From Candidatus Obscuribacterales bacterium (GTDB lineage Bacteria; Cyanobacteriota; Vampirovibrionia; Obscuribacterales; Obscuribacteraceae), in the NCBI GenBank assembly GCA_965228855.1, contig CBDDIJ010000003.1, forward strand, positions 32,001-96,000: a stretch of 64,000 bases of DNA. Reading direction: 5' to 3'. Position numbers and translations under genes: made by a program. Every line of letters begins with the position of its first letter. The stretch's first letter is position 1. Of this stretch, positions 18,359 through 28,786 are shown one piece after another. Below the pieces are notes generated by a model, which saw only the letters and a program-made list of their open reading frames with translations, was not told the DNA's origin and searched no databases.

Positions 18359-20929
18359 CTATAGCAAGTCGAGCGCGTCCACGTCGACTGCAAGTGAAAG
18401 TTCTTTAGGAACTTTCTTATTCCGCAGAAATTGCAGTATCGCATCCATGACGGTTTCATCATCTTTTACCTTCATGAGCAAGTGGAATCGAAATCGATTT
18501 TTCACCTTTTCGATGACGCACGGTGATGGTCCCAGAATCTGCAAAGCGGGCTCGCTAGCCTTGTCTTCGAGAAAGACGCTAAGTTCTTCGGCCAGTTTTT
18601 CCAGACCGGATTCGACCTCTTGAGGGTCGGGCCCTTGAAGAACGACGCGGATGATTCGGCTAAATGGCGGGTAGGAGAAGGCCTCGCGCGCTTCCAGCTC
18701 CGTCTTGAAGAAGTTTGCAAAGTCATGGTGACGGGCGTATTTGAAAACTTTCAGTTCAGGATTATAAGTTTGTAAGATCACTTTTCCCGGCTTCAATCCG
18801 CGTCCGGCACGACCGGAAACCTGGCAAAGAAGCTGAAACCCGCGCTCCATCGAGCGATAGTCAGGCATGTTCAGCGAGGCGTCCGCAACAAGAACGCCTA
18901 CCAGCGTCACATTGGCGATGTCCAGCCCCTTCGCGACCATTTGCGTGCCTATGAGGACGTCGGCTTCGCCAGCGGCGAAATCCTCGAAAATTTCTCGATA
19001 GGCTCCTTTTCTCTGCGTGACGTCACTGTCCAATCTCAAGGTTCGAGCGCCTGGAAATTTGTTGCGAACGGTCTCTTCCACTTGCTGAGTGCCTAATCCG
19101 TACTCCTTGATGAATGGACTTTCGCAAGATGGACATTTGACGATATTGTGTCTTTCGTAGCCGCAATGGTGGCACGAGAGATAGCCCTCGATCGACCCTT
19201 CCGGGCGAACTCGTCCAGCCATCATATGCGCTGTTCTGGCGTTCTTATGGTAAACCAGAGAGACGCTGCAGTTGTTACATCTGATCACGTAACCGCATGC
19301 TCTGCAAAACACGTGGCTGGCATAGCCGCGTCTGTTCATAAGCAAAATGACTTGCTCACCGACGTCCAGGCGATTCTCGATAGCCTGACTGAGCGCGGTC
19401 GAAAGAATCGATCTATTACCCAGGCTCAGCTGCTGGCGCATATCAATGATTTGCACTTCAGGCATGGCCTGGCTGTGGACGCGCTCCGGTAGTTCCAGAA
19501 TTCTGCCTGCCTGGCTTGCTCTGTGGTATGTGGCGACATCCGGCGTGGCGCTGCCGAAAAGCACAAGCGCTCCGGTTCTGCGCGCCTTTTCGATGGCTAC
19601 TTCCTTGGCGTTATAACGCGGGCTCGGTGTGCTTTGCTTGTAACTGCTGTCATGTTCTTCATCCAGAATAATCAGTCCAAGATCGGGTAAATGGGCGAGG
19701 ATTGCCGAACGTGCCCCGAGGAGAACGGAGACGTCGCCGCTTCGCAATCTTCGCCAGGTGTCGTAGCGCTCCCCTGGGCTGATTGCGCTGTGCCAGATCG
19801 AAACTTTGTCTCCAAAGCGGTCTTTCAAGCGTGATGCTAGCTGCGGAGTCAAGCTGATTTCCGGGACGAGCAAAAGAGCAGTTCGCTTCGCTTCAAGCGT
19901 CTCTTCGATGAGGCGAAGGTAAACCTCGGTTTTTCCCGAGCCTGTGACCCCGTGAAGCAACCAGGGTGGCTCCGGTTGATCGTTCGGTTTAACTTGACGG
20001 GACAGAGTCGTTTTCAATTGTTCTGACAGAGTGTTGACCACTTGTTCCTGAGCTCTGGTCAGGGATGGTTTTGGTGGCACCGTTCGTTTAGCAGACGTGT
20101 ATCCATCCATCGGATTTCTGAATACTTCGGTCTCCTGAAGCTGGATTACGCCTTCTGCTTCCAGTTTGTGAACGGTACTGTATGTGGTGCGGGCGCCTTT
20201 CAACAAATCGGAGAGATTCATCGTTCCGTTGTGCCGCTCCAGCAGCGCCGTTATCTCTTTTTGTCTTGCAGTTTTAGGCTCTTCAGCTCCGCGCACCACT
20301 GTTAAAACGGTCTTGGGACCTGTTTTGGCGCTCGTCTCTGCGACCACTTCAATCACGCCCTCGTGCTTGAGATACGTAAGCGCCTGAAAGAATTGGGCTT
20401 GACCCTTTCTTGCTACTCTGCCGAAACGCTGGCGTAGTGTAGTTACCGAAACACCTTTAGCGCTTGAGGCTCCAAGCACGTTTAAAACGGTCGCTGCGTT
20501 CGGATTTTTCTCAGCCAGCGCCGCTTTCATTTTCTCAACTTCATCCTGTTTCAGTTTGTCTTTGATGCGAGCCACTCGTTTTATTCTTGGCGCGAGGCTG
20601 GCTGGTATGGCAGCCTGGACCACATCACTTAAACGAGCGCAAGATTTAAAGGCCAGCCAGCCCAGAAAGTCGATGTAGTCTTTGTCAAAGAGCGGGTCAG
20701 GTTCCAGGACCTCAGCTATTTCTTTTATTTTGAAGTCGGCATCGCATTCGCCTTTTAATGAAACAACGTAGCCGCCTACCGTGTCTTGATGTCCAAAAGG
20801 GACGAGAACCTGCGCTCCGACAAAAACTTCGTCTAGCAAAAATTCCGGCACTTTATAAGTAAACAAACGATCTTTTAGATCGCGCGCTTGCAGGTCTACT
20901 ACGATTTCAGCGTACAGTGGCGAAAGCAA
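18359..20929 (-). CDS. priA: Primosomal protein N' (replication restart helicase)
   Basis: LHGVTGSGKTEVY, VPEISLTPQ, DEEHD, Cys-rich Zn motifs, GTQMVAKGLD, QVSGRAGR. Start set at TTG 20929 (track ORF extends to 21088). Confidence 0.96.
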   Translation of the reverse strand: MLSPLYAEIVVDLQARDLKDRLFTYKVPEFLLDEVFVGAQVLVPFGHQDTVGGYVVSLKGECDADFKIKEIAEVLEPDPLFDKDYIDFLGWLAFKSCARLSDVVQAAIPASLAPRIKRVARIKDKLKQDEVEKMKAALAEKNPNAATVLNVLGASSAKGVSVTTLRQRFGRVARKGQAQFFQALTYLKHEGVIEVVAETSAKTGPKTVLTVVRGAEEPKTARQKEITALLERHNGTMNLSDLLKGARTTYSTVHKLEAEGVIQLQETEVFRNPMDGYTSAKRTVPPKPSLTRAQEQVVNTLSEQLKTTLSRQVKPNDQPEPPWLLHGVTGSGKTEVYLRLIEETLEAKRTALLLVPEISLTPQLASRLKDRFGDKVSIWHSAISPGERYDTWRRLRSGDVSVLLGARSAILAHLPDLGLIILDEEHDSSYKQSTPSPRYNAKEVAIEKARRTGALVLFGSATPDVATYHRASQAGRILELPERVHSQAMPEVQIIDMRQQLSLGNRSILSTALSQAIENRLDVGEQVILLMNRRGYASHVFCRACGYVIRCNNCSVSLVYHKNARTAHMMAGRVRPEGSIEGYLSCHHCGYERHNIVKCPSCESPFIKEYGLGTQQVEETVRNKFPGARTLRLDSDVTQRKGAYREIFEDFAAGEADVLIGTQMVAKGLDIANVTLVGVLVADASLNMPDYRSMERGFQLLCQVSGRAGRGLKPGKVILQTYNPELKVFKYARHHDFANFFKTELEAREAFSYPPFSRIIRVVLQGPDPQEVESGLEKLAEELSVFLEDKASEPALQILGPSPCVIEKVKNRFRFHLLMKVKDDETVMDAILQFLRNKKVPKELSLAVDVDALDLL

Positions 20930-21201
20930 CTTCCAATTCCACGGGGATACGGACGGACTCCTATCATCAAAGTATAGAGTGCTAATCATCTGGTTGTCCT
21001 CTTTGTTGACGAGCTTAGGAAGCCGGCGTGCCATCCACACTCCAGCCCCCATATCTGGTAATACGTATATCCGCCTCAAAAAGTTCAATCAGCGAAAAAT
21101 CTACTTTGCCGAAAAAACAGCGTCTCCGGGCATTCGCGCTTGAGAACTCTCTTGCAGGTTTTTTCCTACGTGTCCAGATCTGTATATAGAGTAGGGTTTT
21201 G

Positions 21202-21660
21202 TCAAGGCTGCTTCAGTTCGCTGGCGAGTTCGCGTGCCAACCTGTCGCAGTTTGTCCACAAAGTGTCGAATACTTCGCGAAAAGCCGCTTCCGTTCCGTA
21301 ATAAGGGTCAGGAACCTCACCGTTCAAAACCACGCGCTTGATTTTATTATGCACCGCAGGTGGTGCAACGGAACGCACTGCACGTTCGTTAGCGCCGTCC
21401 ATAACGATGATGGCATCGTATTTTTCGAAATCTTCCTTACGCAACTGCCGTGCTCGATGCATTCTAATATCGATACCCTTGTCCAGGGCGACCTTTATAG
21501 AGCGTCTGTCCGCCTGGCTTCCGGTGTTCCAGTCCGATGTGCCGGCCGAATGTGCTGTTCCTTCCAGACCGTGCTTTTCAAACATATAAGTCATGATTCC
21601 GGCTGCCAATGGCGAGCGGCAGATGTTACCCAGGCAAACGAACAGAATCTTCGTGGACAT
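21202..21660 (-). CDS. Low-molecular-weight protein-tyrosine phosphatase
   Basis: VCLGNICRSP P-loop, SAGT, DPYYG. Confidence 0.95.
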   Translation of the reverse strand: MSTKILFVCLGNICRSPLAAGIMTYMFEKHGLEGTAHSAGTSDWNTGSQADRRSIKVALDKGIDIRMHRARQLRKEDFEKYDAIIVMDGANERAVRSVAPPAVHNKIKRVVLNGEVPDPYYGTEAAFREVFDTLWTNCDRLARELASELKQP

Positions 21661-22232
21661 CAGTAGTCCTGTTCGAGGATGACGTACAAAATTTTCTTAT
21701 CGCTATCAAGCACACCCAGGATGAAGTCTTTATCCGGGTTGTTCATCGGAAACCGAAAGAATGTGGTTGGCGCTTCTTTCTTGTCGGAAAAGATTCCCTT
21801 TTGAGAAGTTGTCTCGCAGACGTAATAGCCGTTTGGCATAGCGTCGAATCTTTTGAAATCGACTCGATGGAAGCGGTCGATCTCGTCAAGCTGCAAATAG
21901 AGCGTTTCTGCGATGGGAAGTTTGTTCCAGGCGGTTTCAACCAACTGGCGCTGCAAAAAGTCCTTGTATTGTGCGTCGGTAAATTGGAACTCCGCCTGCA
22001 CAAGCAGGCTTTCTCGCCCGAAGGTTCCGCCGTGCTCAGGATTGCTTTCTCGCTTTAAAAGCTTCGTGCCCTCCGGGATTCGGAAGTGACCGCGAATCCA
22101 GATCTCGTCTATGTTTGCCGAAGTAGTACAGGCGGACAAACAGAGCAAAACACTGATGGCACAAGGTAGTAAGCCTGATTGCCTCAACGGCGTCTTTAAC
22201 GCGTTATAAATTGCCGGGATATTGAATTTCAA
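21660..22232 (-). CDS. Hypothetical lipoprotein
   Basis: Lipobox-like LLCLSAC; stop overlaps the phosphatase start by 1 bp. Confidence 0.65.
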   Translation of the reverse strand: MKFNIPAIYNALKTPLRQSGLLPCAISVLLCLSACTTSANIDEIWIRGHFRIPEGTKLLKRESNPEHGGTFGRESLLVQAEFQFTDAQYKDFLQRQLVETAWNKLPIAETLYLQLDEIDRFHRVDFKRFDAMPNGYYVCETTSQKGIFSDKKEAPTTFFRFPMNNPDKDFILGVLDSDKKILYVILEQDY

Positions 22233-22290
22233 GATGGTCGTCGGTTTCTAAGCTGGTTGCAAATAGTTAGTGGCGCTCACATCTATTATT

Positions 22291-22782
22291 CTAGCCAATA
22301 ACGTATTTTTGCCAGCCTGATTCTCCGACGGCCGTATGTTTCGAGATTTCAAAGTGCACGTGCGATATCGGGCGTCTGGGCACGATGCGAAGAAGCATTC
22401 CGGCTTCTTTGGGCGTCCGATCGCCCTTTTTCACATTACATTTCAGGCAAGCTGCTGCCACGTTGTCCCAGGAATCGATTCCGCCTCTGGAGCGCGGAAT
22501 GATGTGGTCGATCGTCAGATCCGGTCTTCTGACGCCGCAATACTGGCAAGTGTAGTTATCGCGGTGCAGAATGTTTCGTCTTGATAAGCTGATTTCCTTG
22601 TACGGAATTTTCACGTAATGCCTCAGCCGAATTACCGTCGGCAAGGGCGTATCCATGTAAATTACCTTTCCGTTGTGCTCGATCTGCTCGGCTTTACCCT
22701 TGAGAAGAAGAACAACTGCGCGCCGCCATGTACATATGTTAAGCGGCTCGTATGAAGCATTGAGTACCAAAACCTTCGACAA
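22291..22782 (-). CDS. HNH endonuclease (McrA-like, conserved stand-alone type)
   Basis: VLVLNASYEPL, RDNYTCQYCG, TIDHIIPRSRGG, ACLKCNVKKG. Confidence 0.92.
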   Translation of the reverse strand: MSKVLVLNASYEPLNICTWRRAVVLLLKGKAEQIEHNGKVIYMDTPLPTVIRLRHYVKIPYKEISLSRRNILHRDNYTCQYCGVRRPDLTIDHIIPRSRGGIDSWDNVAAACLKCNVKKGDRTPKEAGMLLRIVPRRPISHVHFEISKHTAVGESGWQKYVIG

Positions 22783-23000
22783 AAGCTCACCTTAGAACAC
22801 TGATTAGCGAGGATTCACGTAGATTTATTATAACGATCAGTCGTTCACGTGTCCATAAAAACCGCTCCCAGGCGGCTTATGCTAAAATGACGGGATTGTC
22901 TTCAAGGCGGAACGAGTTCGTCTCGTCCGCGGAGATGCTTGTCGATACTAAATCGGCTTACATCTATTGCTATTCGCATGTGCGAAATGGCTCTTGAGGA

Positions 23001-23174
23001 TATAATCTCTCAGATTAGGTCTGAGGGAAGAATGCTTTGCGTTCTTCTCCAGCGATCACCTTCTTAGTGTGATCTAATCTAATTTCTTATGTTTATCACT
23101 ACCCCGAACTACAACTAGAGTGGACTAAGGTCGAACCCAGAATGATTCAACTTAAAGAGGAAAAGAACCGAGCC
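23001..23174 (+). promoter_or_regulatory. rpsB promoter (-10 TATAAT) and structured 5' leader
   Basis: TATAAT at 23001-23006, followed by stems GGGAAGAATGC/GCGTTCTTCTC and GATCAC/GTGATC enclosed by AGATTA/TAATCT. Confidence 0.5.
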
Positions 23175-23993
23175 TTGCCAGTAGCATCAATGAGACAATT
23201 GCTAGAAGCCGGCGTGCACTTCGGTCACCAAACCAGACGCTGGAATCCGAAGATGCGCAAGTACATCTATGGAGAGCGCAACGGCATTTACATCATCGAC
23301 TTGGAACAAACCAGTCGAGCGCTCGATAAAGCTTGTGATTTCATCCGCCAGGCTGCACAGCAAAGAAAGAATATCGTCTTCGTTGGCACCAAGAAACAAG
23401 CAGCAGACATCGTCGAGGAAGAAGCAAGACGTTGCAACTCGCACTACGTCAATCGTCGTTGGTTGGGCGGCATGCTCACCAATTTCGAAACCATCAGACT
23501 GCGTGTCAACAGATTGAAAGAGCTCGAAGAGATGCGCGAATCCGGTGATTTCTTCAGACGCGGTAAGAAAGAACAAGCTGTTCTCAATCGTGAACTCTAC
23601 AAACTCGAAAAATCTCTCGGTGGTATCAAGACCATGAGAGGACGTCCTGATGTTCTCTTCATCATCGATCAGAAGAGAGAACTGATTGCCGTCGCGGAAG
23701 CTGTTAAGAGCGGCATCTCGACAGTCGCAATTGTTGACACCAACTGCGATCCGGAAGGCATCTCCTACGTCATCCCTGGCAACGACGACTCAATTCGTTC
23801 GATCCGTCTCATCACGAGCCGCATCGCCGACTCGATCATCGAAGGTCAGCAAGCACGCTCCGGTGGCGCTGAAGAACCGCAAGAAGAGAAAGTGGAAAGA
23901 AAACACCACGCTCTCGAAACGCCGATCTCTGAAGAAGAGTTGGCTGATGCGCCTGACGCAGCCGGTGAAGAAACCGAAGGTGAAGGGAAATAG
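23175..23993 (+). CDS. rpsB: 30S ribosomal protein S2
   Basis: [40 protein letters not shown]. Likely TTG start at 23175 (MPVAS..., like cyanobacterial S2); track ATG is 23142. Confidence 0.98.
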   Translation: MPVASMRQLLEAGVHFGHQTRRWNPKMRKYIYGERNGIYIIDLEQTSRALDKACDFIRQAAQQRKNIVFVGTKKQAADIVEEEARRCNSHYVNRRWLGGMLTNFETIRLRVNRLKELEEMRESGDFFRRGKKEQAVLNRELYKLEKSLGGIKTMRGRPDVLFIIDQKRELIAVAEAVKSGISTVAIVDTNCDPEGISYVIPGNDDSIRSIRLITSRIADSIIEGQQARSGGAEEPQEEKVERKHHALETPISEEELADAPDAAGEETEGEGK

Positions 23994-24045
23994 CTAATCG
24001 GATGCCACAACGGCTTCCATAATGATTGAGGGAGATATGGTCAAA

Positions 24046-24939
24046 ATGGCTGAAATTACCGCTTCGATGGTGAAGGAACTGAGAGAAAAGTCCGGCGCCG
24101 CGATGATGGATTGCAAAAAAGCACTAGTTGAAACATCTGGCGATTTCGAAAAAGCATTCGAATGGCTTCGTCAAAAAGGCGCTGCCACCGCTAGCAAAAA
24201 GGCTTCCAGAGCGACTTCTGAAGGAGTTGTCGTTGGTCGCGTTTCTGCCGACGGCAAGAAAGCTTGCCTCGTCGAAATCAACTGCGAAACAGACTTCGTC
24301 GCTCGCAACGAAGAGTTCGTAGGCATCGCCAACAAGATTGCCGACGCTGCTCTCGCCGGCGGATCCAATTCCGCTGAAGATTTGCTCAAGGCTCAGGCTG
24401 ACGGCAAATCAGTTCAGGAGCTGGTTACCGAAGGGATCGCTAAAACCGGCGAAAACATGGTAATCAAACGCGTAGAAAGCTTCGAGCTCAAAACCCCTGG
24501 CGTCATCGGACTCTACGTCCACACGCTCGGCGGCAAGATGGGCGCGCTCGTCGAAATCGCTTCCGATAAGGAACTGAAAGCAGACGATGCACAAGCATTC
24601 GCACGCGAACTGGCAATGCACATCGTTTCTTCCAAACCTGAGTACCTCAGCAAGGAAGAGATTCCCCAAGAAATCATCGATAACGAAACCCGCATCGAGT
24701 CCGGTAAAGCTGACCTCGCTGGCAAAAAAGAAGAAATTCGCGAAAAGATCGTTAGCGGTCGTGTCGAGAAGAACCTTGCCGAGCGTTGTTTGACACTTCA
24801 ACCGTTCGTCAAAGATCCGGGTCAGACCGTTGATGCCGTTCTCAAAGCAAAAGGCAAAGAACTCGGCGGCGAGTTGAAGCCCAAACGCTTTGCGATCTTC
24901 ATCCTCGGCGCAAGCGATGACGCAGGCAACGAAGAATAG
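24046..24939 (+). CDS. tsf: Elongation factor Ts
   Basis: MAEITASMVKELREKSGAAMMDCKKAL, EINCETDFVARN. Confidence 0.98.
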   Translation: MAEITASMVKELREKSGAAMMDCKKALVETSGDFEKAFEWLRQKGAATASKKASRATSEGVVVGRVSADGKKACLVEINCETDFVARNEEFVGIANKIADAALAGGSNSAEDLLKAQADGKSVQELVTEGIAKTGENMVIKRVESFELKTPGVIGLYVHTLGGKMGALVEIASDKELKADDAQAFARELAMHIVSSKPEYLSKEEIPQEIIDNETRIESGKADLAGKKEEIREKIVSGRVEKNLAERCLTLQPFVKDPGQTVDAVLKAKGKELGGELKPKRFAIFILGASDDAGNEE

Positions 24940-24966
24940 TTCTTTCTATTCTTAACAACCATGAAG

Positions 24967-24995
24967 AACCGGGTGCCGAAGGCGCCCGGTTTTTG
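24967..24995 (+). terminator. Rho-independent terminator after tsf
   Basis: AACCGGGTGCC-GAA-GGCGCCCGGTT followed by T-run. Confidence 0.8.
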
Positions 24996-25133
24996 CTTTA
25001 TCCGTGGATTTTTGCATGGAAGCAAGTGCTGACAATCTATTAGAATGTCTGTCTGGAAGAGGGTAGCAAGAGGCGCTATGATCTCCTGCGGTACTGCACC
25101 CAGCTGGAGACGTGCACTCCAGGGTCATTCAAA

Positions 25134-25877
25134 ATGCAAGAAGCCGAAACACAGTACAAGCGTATTCTTTTAAAACTCAGTGGCGAAGCCTTACAAGGCG
25201 AGAAAGGTTTCGGCATTGATCTGAAGGTAATAAACGGAATTGCCGATGAGATAGCCAAAGCGCATAATCTCGGTGTGCAAATCGCCATCGTAATTGGTGG
25301 CGGAAATATATTCCGCGGCATACAGGGTGCCGCAAACGGCATGGATAAAGCTGCTGCGGACTACGTCGGCATGCTCGCCACAATCATGAACTGCTTGATC
25401 ATGGGCGAAGTGCTCACATCCAAAGGTATAGACACCAGGGTACAAACAGCTATCGCCATGCCGAGTGTTGCTGAACCGTTTATCCGGAAGCGTGCCATCA
25501 GACATCTGGATAAGGGTCGAGTGGTAGTCTTCGGGGGTGGTACCGGAAATCCACACGTCACGACAGACACTGCTGCCGCGCTTCGCGCCGCTGAAATTAA
25601 GGCAGATGTTATCTTGATGGCTAAAAATGGCGTGGATGGTGTTTTCAGCGATGACCCGAAGAAGAACCCGGATGCCAAGAAGATTGGCAGAATTGGATTT
25701 GATGATTTAATCAAGCAGGATTTGAAAGTGATGGATGCGTCAGCTGTTGATTTATGCAAACAGAACAGCATTCCAATCATTGTGTTTGATTTCAATCAAC
25801 CCGGCCGCATCGAAGAGATTGTTTGTGGAGGAAAAGTAGGTACCCTGGTTGGTTCGCGTCTTGGAGGACGAGCATGA
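25134..25877 (+). CDS. pyrH: UMP kinase
   Basis: RILLKLSGEAL, GGGNIFRG, GTGNPHVTTDTAAALRA, DLKVMD. Confidence 0.97.
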   Translation: MQEAETQYKRILLKLSGEALQGEKGFGIDLKVINGIADEIAKAHNLGVQIAIVIGGGNIFRGIQGAANGMDKAAADYVGMLATIMNCLIMGEVLTSKGIDTRVQTAIAMPSVAEPFIRKRAIRHLDKGRVVVFGGGTGNPHVTTDTAAALRAAEIKADVILMAKNGVDGVFSDDPKKNPDAKKIGRIGFDDLIKQDLKVMDASAVDLCKQNSIPIIVFDFNQPGRIEEIVCGGKVGTLVGSRLGGRA

Positions 25878-26440
25878 CAGTAGAAACAGCAGATGAAGTT
25901 CTATCCTCGGGTGAGGACAGAATGAAAAAGTCGATCGATTCTTTGAAATCAGACTTCAAATCGATCCGCACTGGTAGAGCCAACCCTCAACTTCTCGATA
26001 GAGTCGAAGTCGATTACTACGGCACACCGACTCCGCTCAAGGGGATGGCAAACATCTCCACACCTGATGGTCGCTCGCTGCTCATCCAGCCCTACGACAA
26101 GACTACGATCAAAGATATCGAAAAGGCGATTAACAAAGCTGAACTCGGTTTGACACCAAACAGCGACGGCAATGTAATTCGCATCACAATTCCGGCTCTT
26201 ACCGAAGACAGACGTAAGGACTTGAATAAGCAGGTGAAAAAAGTTGGTGAAGACGCCAAAGTTTCTGTTCGAAATGTTCGTCGCGATTGCGACCAAGACC
26301 TAAAGAAATTCAAGGATAAAGGGGTTTCTGAGGATGAGTTGAAACGAAAAGGTGACGCGCTTCAGAAAATGACAGACAAATACATTTCTGAGGTCGATAA
26401 GGCTATAAAGGATAAAGAAGCCGAAATCATGGAGATCTAA
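25874..26440 (+). CDS. frr: Ribosome recycling factor
   Basis: IRTGRANP, VDYYG.PTPL, IPALTEDRRK, VRNVRRD; ATGA overlap with the pyrH stop. Confidence 0.97.
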   Translation: MTVETADEVLSSGEDRMKKSIDSLKSDFKSIRTGRANPQLLDRVEVDYYGTPTPLKGMANISTPDGRSLLIQPYDKTTIKDIEKAINKAELGLTPNSDGNVIRITIPALTEDRRKDLNKQVKKVGEDAKVSVRNVRRDCDQDLKKFKDKGVSEDELKRKGDALQKMTDKYISEVDKAIKDKEAEIMEI

Positions 26441-26456
26441 CGGAGGTCTGTTTCGC

Positions 26457-28328
26457 ATGTGCGGAATCGTAGGATATTTAGGTTCGAACCACGCTGCTCC
26501 CGTTCTTCTATCGAAGCTCAGGGTGCTCGAGTACCGAGGTTATGATTCTGCCGGCGTCGCCGTGATAGAAAGTGGCCGCTTGAACGTACTGAAGGCGGTC
26601 GGCAAACTCTCGAATCTCGAGACGCTTTTGCAAAAGGAAAGACCGAGCGCTACTGTCGGTATCGGGCATACGCGCTGGGCTACACACGGCAGTCCGACTG
26701 ATGAGAACGCTCACCCGCACATCAACGCAAGCGGAACGTTAGCGATTGTCCACAATGGCATCATTGAAAATTATTCGGAGCTTAAGGCTGACCTGATCGC
26801 CAAAGGTTACGTTTTCCGTTCTGACACCGACACGGAAGTGGCAGCTCATCTGCTTTCTCACGAAGTCGAAAAGGACGGAGATGTACTTGCTGCGATTTTG
26901 AGAACGGTTTCGCAAATGTCCGGTGCCTATGCGTTGGGCATCGTTTCTCAAAACAGCCCCGACAGAATCTACGCTGTTAACCACCACTACTCATTGACCG
27001 TCGGTCTGGGTGAGAACGAAAGCTTCCTTGCGTCTGATTCCGCGGCGGTGCGCCAGTATACAAATAAAATCTTGCGTCTGGCCCAGTCGGAAATCGCTGA
27101 AATAAGAGCTGATGGAGTGCGTTTGTTCTCATTCGACGGCGCCGAGTCATCACGAGAGCCGGTTTCTGTTGAAGCGAGCGCTTACAAGATCGATAAAGAA
27201 GGTTATAAACACTTCTTGCTCAAAGAGATCAATGAACAGCCGCTCGTGCTGCGCCAAACGCTGAGCAAATATCTGAGCGGTGCAGACAAGCAAGTCAATT
27301 TCAACGTCGACAGCTTCTCTCCGGACATCGAAGGAATGTACGGCGTGAAAATGACGGACGAAGAAATTCGCTCTATCGATCGCGTTCAAATTGTTGCCTG
27401 CGGAACCGCATATCATGCGGGTATGGTCGGCAAGTACGTGATTGAAGAGCTCTGCGGAATTCCGGTTGAAGTTGATATCGCGTCGGAAGTTCGTGGACGA
27501 AAACTTCTCGGTAATGAGAGAACGCTTTCAATTGCCGTTTCCCAATCAGGTGAAACAGCAGATACTCTCGCTGCCGTTAAGGACGCCATCTCGAACGGTT
27601 CATTCACGCTCGGTATTACAAACCGACCGGACTCTCACCTCGCTCAGTTGACGCAGAATTTGATTGTCACCGAATGCGGTATCGAAGTTTCGGTCGCCGC
27701 AACCAAGACTTACGCCGCTCAGTTGATCTGCTTCTATCTGCTCGCCATCTACCTGGCGGAGAAACGCGGATCGATTACACCTGAGCGGGCGCGACAATTG
27801 AAAGTTGGTTTGAACCAACTTCCAGGCGTCGTCGAACAAATCTTGGGACGAGAAGAAGAGTATCGCCGCGAGTCTCTAAAGCTAGCTGATGCTCAGGACG
27901 TGGTATTCATCGGTCGCGGCTTCAACTATCCGACCGCTCTGGAAGGCGCGTTGAAGTTGAAAGAGCTGAGCTATATTCACGCTTCCGGCTATGCTGCCGG
28001 TGAGTTGAAACACGGACCAATCGCTGTTCTCGACTCTTCCGTTCCCGTTATCACCGTTCTTGTCCCCGGCAAAGTATATGAGAAGACGTTGTCTAACGCG
28101 CAAGAGTCGCGTGCGAGAAACGCTCGCATGGTAGCGATTTGCGTGGACGGAGATGAAACGGCACCCAAGACCTTCGATTACTTCTTCCGAATTCCGGCGG
28201 TCGAGGAGCTTCTCAGCCCCATCGTCACCGTGGTTCCGATGCAATTGATGTCTTACTTTGTCGCCGACTACCTCGGTAAAGATGTCGACCAGCCCCGCAA
28301 CCTCGCGAAGTCGGTCACCGTCGAGTAG
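26457..28328 (+). CDS. glmS: Glutamine--fructose-6-phosphate aminotransferase
   Basis: MCGIVG, LEYRGYDSAG, GHTRWATHG, SQSGETADT, ELKHGPIA, PRNLAKSVTVE. Confidence 0.98.
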   Translation: MCGIVGYLGSNHAAPVLLSKLRVLEYRGYDSAGVAVIESGRLNVLKAVGKLSNLETLLQKERPSATVGIGHTRWATHGSPTDENAHPHINASGTLAIVHNGIIENYSELKADLIAKGYVFRSDTDTEVAAHLLSHEVEKDGDVLAAILRTVSQMSGAYALGIVSQNSPDRIYAVNHHYSLTVGLGENESFLASDSAAVRQYTNKILRLAQSEIAEIRADGVRLFSFDGAESSREPVSVEASAYKIDKEGYKHFLLKEINEQPLVLRQTLSKYLSGADKQVNFNVDSFSPDIEGMYGVKMTDEEIRSIDRVQIVACGTAYHAGMVGKYVIEELCGIPVEVDIASEVRGRKLLGNERTLSIAVSQSGETADTLAAVKDAISNGSFTLGITNRPDSHLAQLTQNLIVTECGIEVSVAATKTYAAQLICFYLLAIYLAEKRGSITPERARQLKVGLNQLPGVVEQILGREEEYRRESLKLADAQDVVFIGRGFNYPTALEGALKLKELSYIHASGYAAGELKHGPIAVLDSSVPVITVLVPGKVYEKTLSNAQESRARNARMVAICVDGDETAPKTFDYFFRIPAVEELLSPIVTVVPMQLMSYFVADYLGKDVDQPRNLAKSVTVE

Positions 28329-28726
28329 TGTCCGACGAACTAAATTGCAAGATCGAAAATGTGCTTCTTGTAGACGATGACGCAAACATTAGATTGATCG
28401 TCAAGTTTGCGCTGGAGAAGCAGTCTAATTGGAGTGTCAGTGTCGCCGAGTCCGGTGAAGATGCATTGGCTCAGCTGGACAGTTTCGAACCAGACCTGAT
28501 TCTTCTGGATGTAATGATGCCGGATGTTGATGGACCGATGCTTCTCGAAACGATTCGAGCGCGGTTCAAGGGTTCAATTCCGGTGATTTTCCTTACTGCG
28601 AAAATCCAGAATCAGGAGATTCACCGGTATAAAAACCTTGGCGCCCAGGGTTTAATAACCAAGCCATTCGATCCCATGACATTGGTGCAACAAATCAAAA
28701 ATATTCTGGGACGGCGGTCGCTTTAG
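28328..28726 (+). CDS. Single-domain response regulator (CheY-like)
   Basis: LLVDDD, LILLDVMMP, FLTA, KPFD; GTG start overlaps the glmS stop. Confidence 0.9.
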   Translation: MSDELNCKIENVLLVDDDANIRLIVKFALEKQSNWSVSVAESGEDALAQLDSFEPDLILLDVMMPDVDGPMLLETIRARFKGSIPVIFLTAKIQNQEIHRYKNLGAQGLITKPFDPMTLVQQIKNILGRRSL

Positions 28727-28786
28727 TACAATTCTTGCTGGAGCCTCAAATCTATATCGACCTCGGAAAAATTCGATGGTGTTCGC

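Noticed and set aside
22291..22782. HNH gene as a mobile homing endonuclease or Cas9/IscB fragment
   Set aside because: Matches the short conserved stand-alone HNH type; no RuvC, intron or IS ends.
28290..28400. Tn7-like element at attTn7 downstream of glmS (TGT follows the stop)
   Set aside because: The TGT is part of the next gene's start. I saw no TnsB-site arrays, target duplication or tns/tniQ genes.
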